A stretch of DNA of 64,000 nucleotides from an uncultured bacterium (GTDB lineage: Bacteria > Auribacterota > JABMQX01 > JAFGEW01): the NCBI GenBank assembly GCA_965369835.1, contig CBDUSE010000001.1, positions 4,393-68,392 of the forward strand, written 5' to 3'. Below the pieces are notes generated by a model that was not told the DNA's origin, made no database searches, and worked only from the letters and a program-made list of their open reading frames with translations. Position 1 is the first letter of the stretch, and the number at the start of each line of letters is the position of its first letter. The translations under genes and the position numbers were made by a program. This document shows, piece by piece, positions 9,558 through 18,608 of the stretch.

Positions 9558-12020
9558 CTATCGCCGGGAACCGGGCCACTGCGGCCCCTTGCGGGACCGG
9601 CGGAAGAGGCTGAACCGGGTGCCGGGCGGTGGGCTCGACCTCAGTTGCTCGAAGAAGGCGTACTGGAAAGCGTAGAAAGCAAGCATCGCCTCGGCAAACC
9701 TGACCGGGTTTTCCGCGCCGTAGAGCTTGCTTGTCAGCACGTAGATGTACCAGTAGTCGGCGCTCAGCCGTGGCGCGTGCTCGGAGAGCGCCTTGATCGT
9801 CTCGACGAACTGGCGGCGCACGCGCTCGATGTCGGGCTCTCCCTCGTGCAGCTCGTGGGGCGTCACGACGCGCAGCAGCAACATGCACGAGACCTCGAGG
9901 TGCTCGACCGCTTCGCTCCATTCGTGGGCTTGGTAATGCTCGAGGGCCTGGCCGAGGTGAGCGCTCATTTCGACCAGGCAGGCTTTTTCCTGCACGGCGT
10001 CCTCGGTCCTGAAGCGGATCACGCGGGTGTACCGACCCTTCAGCTCGCGGCGGCACGCGCGCACAATCCGCTCAACCTCTTGCGCCTCGACGGCGATCTC
10101 CTTGGTGAGCACCGTGTAGAACTCACCCTCGGTACCGAGCAGGTTGCCGAGCGCGATGGCGAGCTGGCGTTTGACGATTTGATTCCTCGTCCGGCGCAGC
10201 TCGGGCAGGATATGGTGGATCGCCTGGATTTCCCCGAGCCTGGCCAGCGCCTCGACGACGGTCTCGACGGTCGCGGGGTCGTTCTCGGCGGCGAGCAACC
10301 GGAGCAGGTGCTGCGACGCCCGAGGGTCGCGGATCTCGCCGAGGGCGCGCACGATGTCTTTCTTGAGCGCCCGGTCGGTCGTCGGCAGCGTCTCGATGAG
10401 CGCCTCGACGCTGCGCTGGTGACGAATCTTTCCGAGCGCCTTGGCGGACTGCGTCTGGATTTTCGACTCGGGCGACCGCATTTTCTCGATGAGCGGCTCG
10501 ATGGCTCTGGCGTCGGAGATCTTGCCGAGCGCGGTGGCGGCTTCCTCGCGCACCTCGAGGCTCGGGTCGTCGAGTGCCTTGACGAGCTCGTCGGTGGCGA
10601 TCGAGCTGCCGGTCTCGCCGAGCGCCTTGGTGGCCTTGACGCGCCTGGGCTCGTCGGGTGATCCGGCCAGGATCTGGCAGTAGCGGACAACGCGCATCGG
10701 CACGCCGGCGACGAACTGGCGCAGGAAGGCGCCGGTCGGCGCGCCCCTGGTGTCGCGCACAATCATGAGCAGCGGCAGCACGGCCACGCGCAGGACGGCC
10801 GAGAGCAAGAACAGGAGCTTGTAGTTCGAGATCTCGACGACCAGCGAGCCGCGGAACCCGGCGGTGGCTGCAAGGAACAGGCCGCCAAGGACCGGCGCCG
10901 CCGCAGCGACGATGCCAACCACGGAGTTCAGCGCAGCGAGGTAGGTTGAGCGCTGCTGGCGCGGGGCAAGGCCGATTGAGAGCGGGATCGTTGAGACGTT
11001 GATGCCGGCGTTGACGATCCCATCGAGGAACATGAGCCAGGTCAGCATGTACGCGAAGTTGCCGCGGGTGGCGATCACGAAAGCGAGCGGCGCCAGTGGC
11101 TTGAGGTACATACAGAGCGACATGATCGGCTTCGGGCCGAAGCGGTCTACGAGGTAGCCCCAGAACTTCGACGAGACGACGGAGCCGAGGATGTTCAGCC
11201 CCGAGATCGCGGCGATCCAGATGTAGGGAAGCTGTAGCTCTCGGATGAAGAAGACGGCGATGAACGGCACCATGATCCAGCAGGCGAAGTTGAACGCTGA
11301 GATGTAGATAAGGTAACGGACGAACGTGTTTTGGCGAAACGGGGCGGCGAGCATTTTCAGAAACCGGGATGGGCGGTCCGGGGGGCCGATCCGGGGCTCG
11401 GGAATGCGGTAGTGGAGGAGGATCATCGCGACGCCGAAGACGATCGCGATCCCGAAGAGCGCGATGAAGCCGTCGAGACGCTCGCGGCCCACCGAGTCCA
11501 CCAGCAGCGAGGCGCCGACTATGGCGACGAGCATGCTGAGGTTGACGATGCCGTTCCGCCTGCCCCAGAAGGCGCCCTCGGTGCGCTGCGGCACGATCTC
11601 GGCTATCCAAGCCATCCAGACCGGTGCGCTTGCGGCGGCGCACAAGCTGTTGAGAAACACGGCGCTGAGCAGCAGGGCAAGGCGCACGTCCTTGGAGTCG
11701 CCGGGCACGACGATCGGGGTGAGCACGTAGAGGATGACGCTCGCGTACATGGCCCATGCCGCGACGAGCCACAGGCGTTTGCGTATGCCATAGCGTTCCG
11801 CTACGTAGGCCGAGAGGGCGGCCGCCGGAAGCGTGATGAGCGGGAAGGCGCCGAGAAGGCCGATCGTGACCGAGCCGGCGCCGAGCAGCAGCGCGTAGCC
11901 GGTCAGGAAGGTGCCGGTCACCAGCGCGAGCGCGGCCATGCCGAGGCCGCTGGCGACGACGCTCAGGCGCATCGCCTTCTGCGCCTCGAGCGGTGTGAGG
12001 GCGGTCGGGTGGCTTGACAT
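9558..12020 (-). CDS. MFS-type permease fused to a C-terminal cytoplasmic HEAT/PBS-lyase repeat domain
   Basis: 820 aa. The N-terminal ~430 aa have about 12 TM helices with an MFS-like layout. The C-terminal region has repeated motifs DPSLEVREEAATALGKI, SAKALGKI, VRALGEI and VVEALARLG, typical of E-Z type HEAT repeats. Confidence 0.6.
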   Translation of the reverse strand: MSSHPTALTPLEAQKAMRLSVVASGLGMAALALVTGTFLTGYALLLGAGSVTIGLLGAFPLITLPAAALSAYVAERYGIRKRLWLVAAWAMYASVILYVLTPIVVPGDSKDVRLALLLSAVFLNSLCAAASAPVWMAWIAEIVPQRTEGAFWGRRNGIVNLSMLVAIVGASLLVDSVGRERLDGFIALFGIAIVFGVAMILLHYRIPEPRIGPPDRPSRFLKMLAAPFRQNTFVRYLIYISAFNFACWIMVPFIAVFFIRELQLPYIWIAAISGLNILGSVVSSKFWGYLVDRFGPKPIMSLCMYLKPLAPLAFVIATRGNFAYMLTWLMFLDGIVNAGINVSTIPLSIGLAPRQQRSTYLAALNSVVGIVAAAAPVLGGLFLAATAGFRGSLVVEISNYKLLFLLSAVLRVAVLPLLMIVRDTRGAPTGAFLRQFVAGVPMRVVRYCQILAGSPDEPRRVKATKALGETGSSIATDELVKALDDPSLEVREEAATALGKISDARAIEPLIEKMRSPESKIQTQSAKALGKIRHQRSVEALIETLPTTDRALKKDIVRALGEIRDPRASQHLLRLLAAENDPATVETVVEALARLGEIQAIHHILPELRRTRNQIVKRQLAIALGNLLGTEGEFYTVLTKEIAVEAQEVERIVRACRRELKGRYTRVIRFRTEDAVQEKACLVEMSAHLGQALEHYQAHEWSEAVEHLEVSCMLLLRVVTPHELHEGEPDIERVRRQFVETIKALSEHAPRLSADYWYIYVLTSKLYGAENPVRFAEAMLAFYAFQYAFFEQLRSSPPPGTRFSLFRRSRKGPQWPGSRR

Positions 12021-12180
12021 CGTTGGGAGGCTCGGGTCCCCTGCTTCGGCGGAATGTCAGTTCGCAACGAGGGAGTGCGTCACGTGCTGCCCCGCCGGGC
12101 CTTGTCTCATCTCATGACATGAGGACAGGCCGCCACCCGTACCAGGCAGCGGCCCGCGGATAAGCGCGTCTCTACTGTTC

Positions 12181-12861
12181 CTAGAAGGTGGTCACCCAGT
12201 TGAGGCGAATGGTGATCGTGTCTTCGGCGCCGTCCACCGTGGTCCACGTGTACCAGCTCTCGAGCACGAAGTGCAGCGGCAGCCCGTACTCGAAGCCCGC
12301 GCTCACGAGCCACTCGTCCCCGTCGTCGGTCTGGAGCACGTCGAGCCCGACGGTGGCGGGCAGCTCGAGGAAGTCGAAGCTGGTGTCCACGCCGGCGAAG
12401 AAAGCCTCGTCCTCGTCTTGGAAGCTGTAGCCGAGGTGGCCGCGCACGGGGCCGAAGTCGTGCATGGCAACGAGATAGGGATCAATGTTGCCGTTCTTGT
12501 CCTCGTCGTCGGTCACGTTCTGGATGCCGAAGCCGACGTTCGGGAGCCCTTCGCCGAGTGGGTAAACGAGCTTGCCGAAGAAGCGGATGTCGCCCTGGTC
12601 CTCGTCCGTCGGGCCGAGCATGCCGTAGATGCCGACCTCGGCGTAGTCGAGGATGCCGACGTTGACGACGCCCCACCAGTCGGGCTCCTCGCCTTTGCCG
12701 GTGGTGACCCACGTCGAGATCTCGAAGCTCCGCCACGCCAGGACCTCGGCGATCGGTATGTCGTTCAGATTGGTCCCGGGGTTGCCGGGCGCGACCGTCC
12801 ACGCGAGCGCCACGCTCAGGCAGACAGCGACCAGCACCGGGTTGCGAATCGTTCGAGCCAT
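12181..12861 (-). CDS. Small secreted outer-membrane beta-barrel protein
   Basis: Signal peptide MARTIRNPVLVAVCLSVALAWTVAPG, alternating amphipathic strands, Asp/Gly-rich loops and a C-terminal ...NWVTTF ending in Phe. Confidence 0.45.
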   Translation of the reverse strand: MARTIRNPVLVAVCLSVALAWTVAPGNPGTNLNDIPIAEVLAWRSFEISTWVTTGKGEEPDWWGVVNVGILDYAEVGIYGMLGPTDEDQGDIRFFGKLVYPLGEGLPNVGFGIQNVTDDEDKNGNIDPYLVAMHDFGPVRGHLGYSFQDEDEAFFAGVDTSFDFLELPATVGLDVLQTDDGDEWLVSAGFEYGLPLHFVLESWYTWTTVDGAEDTITIRLNWVTTF

Positions 12862-13181
12862 TCCTTACCTCCCTTCGCAGCGGCGGTTCCATACGTTTGT
12901 TCGGGCCGGCACGACCCGATTTCGCAGCGAAAGTAGGTGACCGGCCTGCCCCTGTCAAGCGCGTTTTAGCGAGGAAGGGCGGTGTCCGAGGCTTTGTCCG
13001 CTTCTGACTTGAGCCACGTAATGGACGGCGTTCATGGTTGTCAGGTTTCCAGTGCCGTTCCGTGTAGCGCCGGCATCTTGCCGGCTGTCCGGTGGGCATC
13101 TTGCCCACCGAGGTGATCGGAGCGGCCGGGTACCGCGACGGCGTCCTCAAAGCGATCATCAAGCCCTGAATCCTCCGCATC

Positions 13182-13197
13182 TGGCAACGTCCTTGCT
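13182..13197 (+). promoter_or_regulatory. Sigma54 (-24/-12) promoter TGGCAA-N5-TTGCT
   Basis: GG and GC elements are exactly 10 nt apart, about 100 nt upstream of the PAS-HisKA gene. Confidence 0.5.
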
Positions 13198-13297
13198 GCG
13201 AGACTCGCCCGCGGGCTCTCTGCCGGGCGCACTTCTCTGCGTTCTCGACGAGGGAGCGCCTCGGAGGCCCGGAGCAGGCAACGAAGACGGTGTGGTC

Positions 13298-13996
13298 ATG
13301 GCCATCATGCGGCGTTGGGAAAACCACGAGCAAGACCTGACCAAGTCAGCCCCCGGGCCCGATGCGGAGGCAAAACGCCTGGCCGAGCTCGAGGAAACCG
13401 CGAGGCGTTATCGCGAGCTCAAAAGGGCCATAGGCGACATGATGTTTGTCGTGGACGGCAGGGGACGCTTCCTCGACGTGAACGAGCGCTTCACGCGGCG
13501 CCTTGGGTACGGCGCATCCGAGCTCTTTGAGATGAAGCTCTACGAGGTGGTCGAGGACGAGGCTGAGGATCCCCGCCAGAGGATGATGCCGTTCTTCGCG
13601 CGCAGCGGCGGTCGCCAGACGTTGCGGGCCAAGAACGGCGAGCGAATGCACGTCCTTGTCAGCTCCGTGGGGCGCTACGACGAAGTGGGACAGTTCGCGG
13701 GGGCACTGGTGGTGTGCCGCGACGTTTCGGACGACAAGGGGAACGCCGAAGCGATCGTCGAGGCGGCCCAGGAGATGAACCAGCCGCTCTCGGGGATCTA
13801 CGGGTACTCGGAGCTGCTGAAAGGCAGCGTCGGCCCGCGTGATCCGGCGTATCGGTACGCGAGAAAGATCTACGAGCAGAGTGAACGGCTTGCCTCGCTT
13901 GTCAAGCGGATCAAGGCCGAGCAGGGCGTGCCTCCCAGCGGGCTTGCGTCAGGCAAGCAGCCCAACAAGCGGGAGAAAGAGGAGGACCATCCATGA
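13298..13996 (+). CDS. PAS domain plus HisKA (dimerisation/phosphoacceptor) protein lacking an HATPase domain
   Basis: Start chosen at MAIMRRWENHEQ. A PAS-like segment is followed by the H-box EMNQPLSGIYGYSELL. The ORF ends about 60 aa after the H-box with no N/G1/G2 boxes. Confidence 0.55.
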   Translation: MAIMRRWENHEQDLTKSAPGPDAEAKRLAELEETARRYRELKRAIGDMMFVVDGRGRFLDVNERFTRRLGYGASELFEMKLYEVVEDEAEDPRQRMMPFFARSGGRQTLRAKNGERMHVLVSSVGRYDEVGQFAGALVVCRDVSDDKGNAEAIVEAAQEMNQPLSGIYGYSELLKGSVGPRDPAYRYARKIYEQSERLASLVKRIKAEQGVPPSGLASGKQPNKREKEEDHP

Positions 13997-14385
13997 GTGG
14001 GCGCATCAGGGTGCTAGTGGTTGATGATGAGAAGATCATCCGTGAGATCATCGAGGACATCCTCGCTTGCGAGGGGGACGACGTGGAAGTGGTGGGAGTC
14101 GGCACGTGCGACGAAGCGCTGCAGCAGGTTCGGGAGCAGGAGTTCGATGTGATCTTCCTCGACGTGTGCATGGACGAATGCGACGGCGTCGAGCTGCTTC
14201 GCCGGATCAAGGAGTTTAGGCCGGACCCCCACATCTATATGATCACCGGCTATCAAGTGGATGACCAGATCCGGACCGCCCTCGCCGAGGGTGCCGCCGG
14301 GGCAATTCACAAGCCTTTCAAGGTCAGGGAGATTCTCGCGGTCCTGCCCGGAGCGTCCTCGGAGCCTGCGCCGCTCTCAGAATGA
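13993..14385 (+). CDS. Single-domain CheY-like response regulator receiver
   Basis: 130 aa. Shows VLVVDDE, the phospho-acceptor D in FLDVCMDECDG, and the K box (HKPF). The ATGA start overlaps the upstream stop. Confidence 0.8.
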   Translation: MSGRIRVLVVDDEKIIREIIEDILACEGDDVEVVGVGTCDEALQQVREQEFDVIFLDVCMDECDGVELLRRIKEFRPDPHIYMITGYQVDDQIRTALAEGAAGAIHKPFKVREILAVLPGASSEPAPLSE

Positions 14386-14573
14386 TTGGCGTGTCGCGTT
14401 TTCCTACTATATTGAAAGGCCGATTCCGGGACCGGCTGCTGGTTATGAAACCTGCCGCGCGAACTTCCCTCAGTTCGTGCTCTTCATAAGTCGCTAACAA
14501 GCGGGTGGTTGCGACTGTCGCGCCGGTTGCCGTGCGCCGGGACCGATGCAGTCCGTGTTTCTATCCACATCGG

Positions 14574-14589
14574 TGGCATGTTCTTTGCA
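14574..14589 (+). promoter_or_regulatory. Sigma54 promoter TGGCAT-N5-TTGCA (near-perfect consensus)
   Basis: GG-N10-GC spacing is exact. Located 37 nt upstream of the ATG of the PseG-like gene. Confidence 0.55.
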
Positions 14590-14625
14590 TGACTCGCAGC
14601 CCGTGCGGTACGCATCGCGTGAGGA

Positions 14626-15654
14626 GTGGGGATGCAACGTTCCGTTGTGATTCGGGCAGATGGGGGTCATCAAATCGGCACCGGGCACTTCGCTAGAATG
14701 TTCCGTCTCGCCGATCGCTTCAACCAATCGGGCAGTACGGTGACGTTCGTGTCACAATCGCTCGACGGATGCGCCGGCCTGTTCGAGAGGCGCAGCCACG
14801 AACTTATCCTCCTCCCCCCCATCTCCGAAGGCTCGAGCGCGCAGGCGGCTTCTGCGGTCGGCGCGCTCGAGCCTGATCTTATTCTAAACGACGTCCGGGA
14901 CACTTCGGACGACTACATGCGCGCGCTCCGCGCCGGCGGCGCGCGAATCGTCAACTTTGACGACTGGGGCGCCGGCGCGGCGCTGGCGGACCTGCTGGTG
15001 GACGCCAACCGCCTGCCTGAGGAGACGGACGATGGAGCGAACCCCCGCGTGCTTTTCGGGCCGGACTACATCGTGCTCGACGAGGCGTTCGAGCAGGCGC
15101 ACGGCCGGCCGAAGCCCATCCGCGGGCGGGTCGAGGAGTTCCTGGTTTTCATGGGCGGCAGCGACCCGGCGGGCCTGACGCTCGAGGCGCTGCGGGCGAT
15201 CGAGCTGCTCGAACCGGAGTGGCATACGACCGTCGTGCTCGGCTACGCCTTCCAAGACCGCGCCGAGGTGGAGGCGTTAGCGGCACGCTGCCGGAACGCG
15301 GAGGTCGTCGCCGGGGCGGACGACCTAGCGCCGAGAATGCACGGGGCCGACATGGCGCTCTCATCGGGCGGGATCGCAATGTTCGAGCTCGCGTGCGTGG
15401 GCACACCCTCGATCGTCCGGTGCCAGGTGCCGCACGAGCTCGAGAATGCGCGGCTCTTTGCCGATCGGGGCATCGTCCGATGCCTTGGGCTCGGCAGCGG
15501 TCTGGGGGCCGAGGCGGTGGCGCAAGCGCTCAGCGCGCTGGCGGCCGACGCTGCGGCGCGCCGGGCGATGAGCGAGGCGGGCAAACGGACCGTTGACGGG
15601 CGCGGACTGAGCCGTGTGATGGAGGCAATCGAACAGTGCGTCCAGCAATCATGA
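14626..15654 (+). CDS. PseG-like (MurG/GT28 C-terminal fold) UDP-sugar hydrolase / glycosyltransferase
   Basis: N-terminus VVIRADGGHQIGTGHFARMFRLA matches the PseG/GT28 signature (IRADAS..IG.GH..R). 342 aa. Confidence 0.6.
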   Translation: MGMQRSVVIRADGGHQIGTGHFARMFRLADRFNQSGSTVTFVSQSLDGCAGLFERRSHELILLPPISEGSSAQAASAVGALEPDLILNDVRDTSDDYMRALRAGGARIVNFDDWGAGAALADLLVDANRLPEETDDGANPRVLFGPDYIVLDEAFEQAHGRPKPIRGRVEEFLVFMGGSDPAGLTLEALRAIELLEPEWHTTVVLGYAFQDRAEVEALAARCRNAEVVAGADDLAPRMHGADMALSSGGIAMFELACVGTPSIVRCQVPHELENARLFADRGIVRCLGLGSGLGAEAVAQALSALAADAAARRAMSEAGKRTVDGRGLSRVMEAIEQCVQQS

Positions 15655-16868
15655 TCGTTGGGGCCGGCATCCTTCAGGAGCCGGCCATTCGAATCGCGAA
15701 GTCGCTCGGCTACGTGGTGATCGCCACGGACATCGTTCCCACCGCGCCCGGCCTACGCTGGGCCGACCGTGCCGGCATGGTCAGCAAGTTCGACGTCGAG
15801 GGGCACGTGCGCTTCGCGAAGGCGTGCTGCAAGGAGTTCGACCTGCGCGGCGTGCTCACGATCGGGACCGATGCCTCGTGCGCGGTCGCGGGCGTCGCTT
15901 CGGCGCTCAACCTGCCCGGCGTGGATCCGCGCACCGCGTTTATGGCGACGCACAAGGCGGCGATGCGGCGGCGGCTCAGGCAGTGCGATGTGCCCTGCCC
16001 GGACTTCCGCGAGGTGCGCCAGCTCGGCGAGGCGCTTTCGGCCGCCAAGGCGATCGGCTACCCGCTCGTCATCAAGCCGGTGGACAATATGGGCGCACGC
16101 GGCGTGCGGCGCATTGATACGCCCGAGGAGCTGCGCGACTTTTTCCCCGTCACGATCTTCAACAGCCGGGAGGGGGGCGCCGTTGTCGAACAGTACATGG
16201 AAGGGCCCGAGGTGAGCATTGACACGATCGTCGAGAACGGCGAGGTGCACCTGCTCACGATCGCCGACCGCCACATCACGAACGCGCCGTACTTCATCGA
16301 GGTCGGCCACACGCTTCCCTCGGCGCTGTCGCAGGACGTGCTCGACGACGTGTTCGAGGTGATGCGCCTCGGCATCGAGGCGCTGGGTATCATGACCGGC
16401 GCCTCGAAGGGCGATATCAAGATCACAGCCGGGGGGGCGAAGATCGGGGAGATGACCGCCCGTATGAGCGGCGGCTTCCACTGCCAGTACACCGACCCGC
16501 TGGCGACGGGGATGAACTCGATTAAGGCGGCCATTGACCTCGCGCTCGGCCATCGGCTCGACCTCGCGGACGTCACGCCGCGCTGGCATCGCGCCGCCGC
16601 CGAGCGGGCGATCCTCGCCGGGCCGGGTGTAGTCACGGTGATCGAGGGCGTGGACGAAGCGCTGCAGATCCGGGGCGTCGAGCACGTTTTCCTCAACGTG
16701 AAGGAAGGGAGTGTCGTGGCGCCGTTGACGAGCAACATGGGCAAACCCGGTCACGTGATTACGTCGGGCGAGACGCGCGCTCAGGCGATCGCGGCGGCCA
16801 ACCGTGCGCTGGAAACCATCCGGATCATCACTGCGCCGGTTACCGAGAAGGCGGCGGCCCACTCATGA
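15636..16868 (+). CDS. ATP-grasp domain ligase (sugar or amino-acid ligase in the glycan pathway)
   Basis: A pre-ATP-grasp region is followed by an ATP-grasp core (GYPLVIKPVDNMGARGV, EQYMEGPEVSIDTIV). An alternative start at 15651 (ATGA overlap) is possible. Confidence 0.6.
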   Translation: MRPAIMIVGAGILQEPAIRIAKSLGYVVIATDIVPTAPGLRWADRAGMVSKFDVEGHVRFAKACCKEFDLRGVLTIGTDASCAVAGVASALNLPGVDPRTAFMATHKAAMRRRLRQCDVPCPDFREVRQLGEALSAAKAIGYPLVIKPVDNMGARGVRRIDTPEELRDFFPVTIFNSREGGAVVEQYMEGPEVSIDTIVENGEVHLLTIADRHITNAPYFIEVGHTLPSALSQDVLDDVFEVMRLGIEALGIMTGASKGDIKITAGGAKIGEMTARMSGGFHCQYTDPLATGMNSIKAAIDLALGHRLDLADVTPRWHRAAAERAILAGPGVVTVIEGVDEALQIRGVEHVFLNVKEGSVVAPLTSNMGKPGHVITSGETRAQAIAAANRALETIRIITAPVTEKAAAHS

Positions 16869-16874
16869 GGGCCG

Positions 16875-17885
16875 ATGCGTGAGGGCTCACGTGTGAGCTG
16901 GAAGCGAAAAAGAGTTCTGGTCACCGGCGCCGGCGGCTTCATCGGGAGCCACCTCGTCGAGGCGTTGGTGCGTCGCGGCGCGAGGGTGCGCGCGTTTGTC
17001 CATTACAACTCGCGCAACGACTGGGCGCAGCTCGAGCGTGTGCCCCGCTCCGTGCTCGGGAACATCGAGGTGGTGGCCGGCGACGTGCGCGATCCGTTCT
17101 TTGTGAGGACGGCGGTCGAAGGGTGCGAGGTCGTTTTCCACCTCGCGGCCCTCATTGCGATCCCGTACTCGTACCAGGCGCCGCAGAGCTTCGTCGAGAC
17201 GAACGTGCTCGGCACGCTCAACGTGCTCGAGGCGTGCCGGGCGGTGGGCGTGGTACGGATGGTGCACACCTCGACGAGCGAGACCTACGGCACGGCCGAG
17301 CGCGTGCCGATGGATGAGACCCACCCGTTGCACGCGCAGTCGCCGTACGCGGCGAGCAAGATCGGGGCGGACACGCTCGTCGAGAGCTATGTGCGCTCGT
17401 ACGGCGTGCCGGCGGTGACGGTGCGGCCGTTCAACACCTACGGACCGCGCCAGTCGGCGCGGGCCGTGATCCCGGCGATCGCCACGCAGACGCTCGCTCG
17501 ACGCAAGCGGATTGCACTCGGCTCGCTCACGCCGGTCCGGGACTTCAACTACGTGAGCGACACGGTGCGCGGCTTTCTCAGCGTGGCCGAGCTCGACGAC
17601 GCGTCCGGCGAGGTGTTCAACGTCGGCACGGGCAAGGGGGTGGCGATCGGCGAGGTGGGCCGCGCGATCATTGATCTGTGCGGCAACGGGGCGCGCCTCG
17701 TCCGCGACGAGCAGCGCGTGCGGCCCGATTCGAGCGAGGTAATGCACCTTGTCTGCGACAGCTCGAAGCTGCGGACGTGCACGAGCTGGCAGCCACAGGT
17801 CTCGTTGCACGAGGGGCTCGAGCGCACGGTCGAGTTTGTGGCCCGACACCTCGGCGCATACAAGGCGGACCTCTACAATGTGTAG
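16875..17885 (+). CDS. NAD-dependent NDP-sugar epimerase/4,6-dehydratase (extended SDR family)
   Basis: VLVTGAGGFIGSHLVEAL Rossmann motif and a catalytic YAASK (YxxxK). An alternative GTG start near 16896 is possible. Confidence 0.8.
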   Translation: MREGSRVSWKRKRVLVTGAGGFIGSHLVEALVRRGARVRAFVHYNSRNDWAQLERVPRSVLGNIEVVAGDVRDPFFVRTAVEGCEVVFHLAALIAIPYSYQAPQSFVETNVLGTLNVLEACRAVGVVRMVHTSTSETYGTAERVPMDETHPLHAQSPYAASKIGADTLVESYVRSYGVPAVTVRPFNTYGPRQSARAVIPAIATQTLARRKRIALGSLTPVRDFNYVSDTVRGFLSVAELDDASGEVFNVGTGKGVAIGEVGRAIIDLCGNGARLVRDEQRVRPDSSEVMHLVCDSSKLRTCTSWQPQVSLHEGLERTVEFVARHLGAYKADLYNV

Positions 17886-17894
17886 GCAACGCGT

Positions 17895-18608
17895 ATGAAA
17901 GCGGTTGTGCTCGCCGGTGGCAAGGGAACGCGGCTCCGGCCCTACACGGCCGTGCTGCCGAAGCCGCTTGTGCCTGTTGGCGACACACCGATCCTCGAGA
18001 TCATCCTCTCGCAGCTCAGCCGTGCCGGTATGACCGACGTGACGATCACCGTCGGCCATCTCGCCTCGCTGATCGAGACCTTTTTCGGCGACGGCAGCCG
18101 GTTCGGTCTCCGCATCGAGTACTTCCGCGAAGAGACCCCGTTGAACACCGTCGGCTCCCTGCCGCTTATTGACGAGCTGACCGAGCCGTTCCTCGTCATG
18201 AACGGCGACGTACTGACCGATATTAATCTCGACAAGCTCGTCGCGTTTCACCGCGAGAAGCGGTGCATTGCGACGATCGCCACGGCGCCGCGCGAGCAAA
18301 AGGCGGACTTCGGCGTCGTGCGGTGGGACGGCGACACGCGGATCGTCGAGTTCCTCGAAAAACCGATGTCGCGCTATCACGTGAGCATGGGCGTGTACGT
18401 CTTCTCGCACGCCGTGCTCGAATATATTCCCTCGGGCAAGCCCTTCGGCTTTGACGAGCTGATGCGGGTGATGCTCGAGGCCGGCGAGCGGGTCTTTTCC
18501 TACCCGCACGACGGCTACTGGCTCGACTTGGGCCGGCCCGATGACTACGAACGCGCCATCGAGGATTTCGCTCGGATGCGGGAGCATTTCGTGGGAGCGC
18601 AACCATGA
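17895..18608 (+). CDS. Sugar-1-phosphate nucleotidyltransferase (RfbA/RfbF-like)
   Basis: MKAVVLAGGKGTRLRPYT...LPKPLVPV is the NTP_transferase signature. Confidence 0.8.
   Translation: MKAVVLAGGKGTRLRPYTAVLPKPLVPVGDTPILEIILSQLSRAGMTDVTITVGHLASLIETFFGDGSRFGLRIEYFREETPLNTVGSLPLIDELTEPFLVMNGDVLTDINLDKLVAFHREKRCIATIATAPREQKADFGVVRWDGDTRIVEFLEKPMSRYHVSMGVYVFSHAVLEYIPSGKPFGFDELMRVMLEAGERVFSYPHDGYWLDLGRPDDYERAIEDFARMREHFVGAQP

Noticed and set aside
10123-11772. 549-aa and 240-aa minus-strand ORFs in alternative frames of the MFS-HEAT gene
   Set aside because: Extreme Arg/Pro/Ala bias. These are out-of-frame reads of the real gene.
12101-12129. Imperfect extended palindrome around CTCATGACATGAG
   Set aside because: Only the central 13 bp are perfectly symmetric. 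It is noted as a possible operator under the MFS-HEAT finding and is not called as a separate feature.
12482-13333. 283-aa minus-strand ORF in the 435-bp divergent intergenic region
   Set aside because: Arg-rich junk composition. The region contains a sigma54 promoter for the opposite strand.
14412-14450. Possible sigma28 promoter (TTTTCC...N15...GCCGATTC) upstream of the glycan operon
   Set aside because: The -35 element does not match TAAA well. A much better sigma54 promoter lies closer to the start codon.
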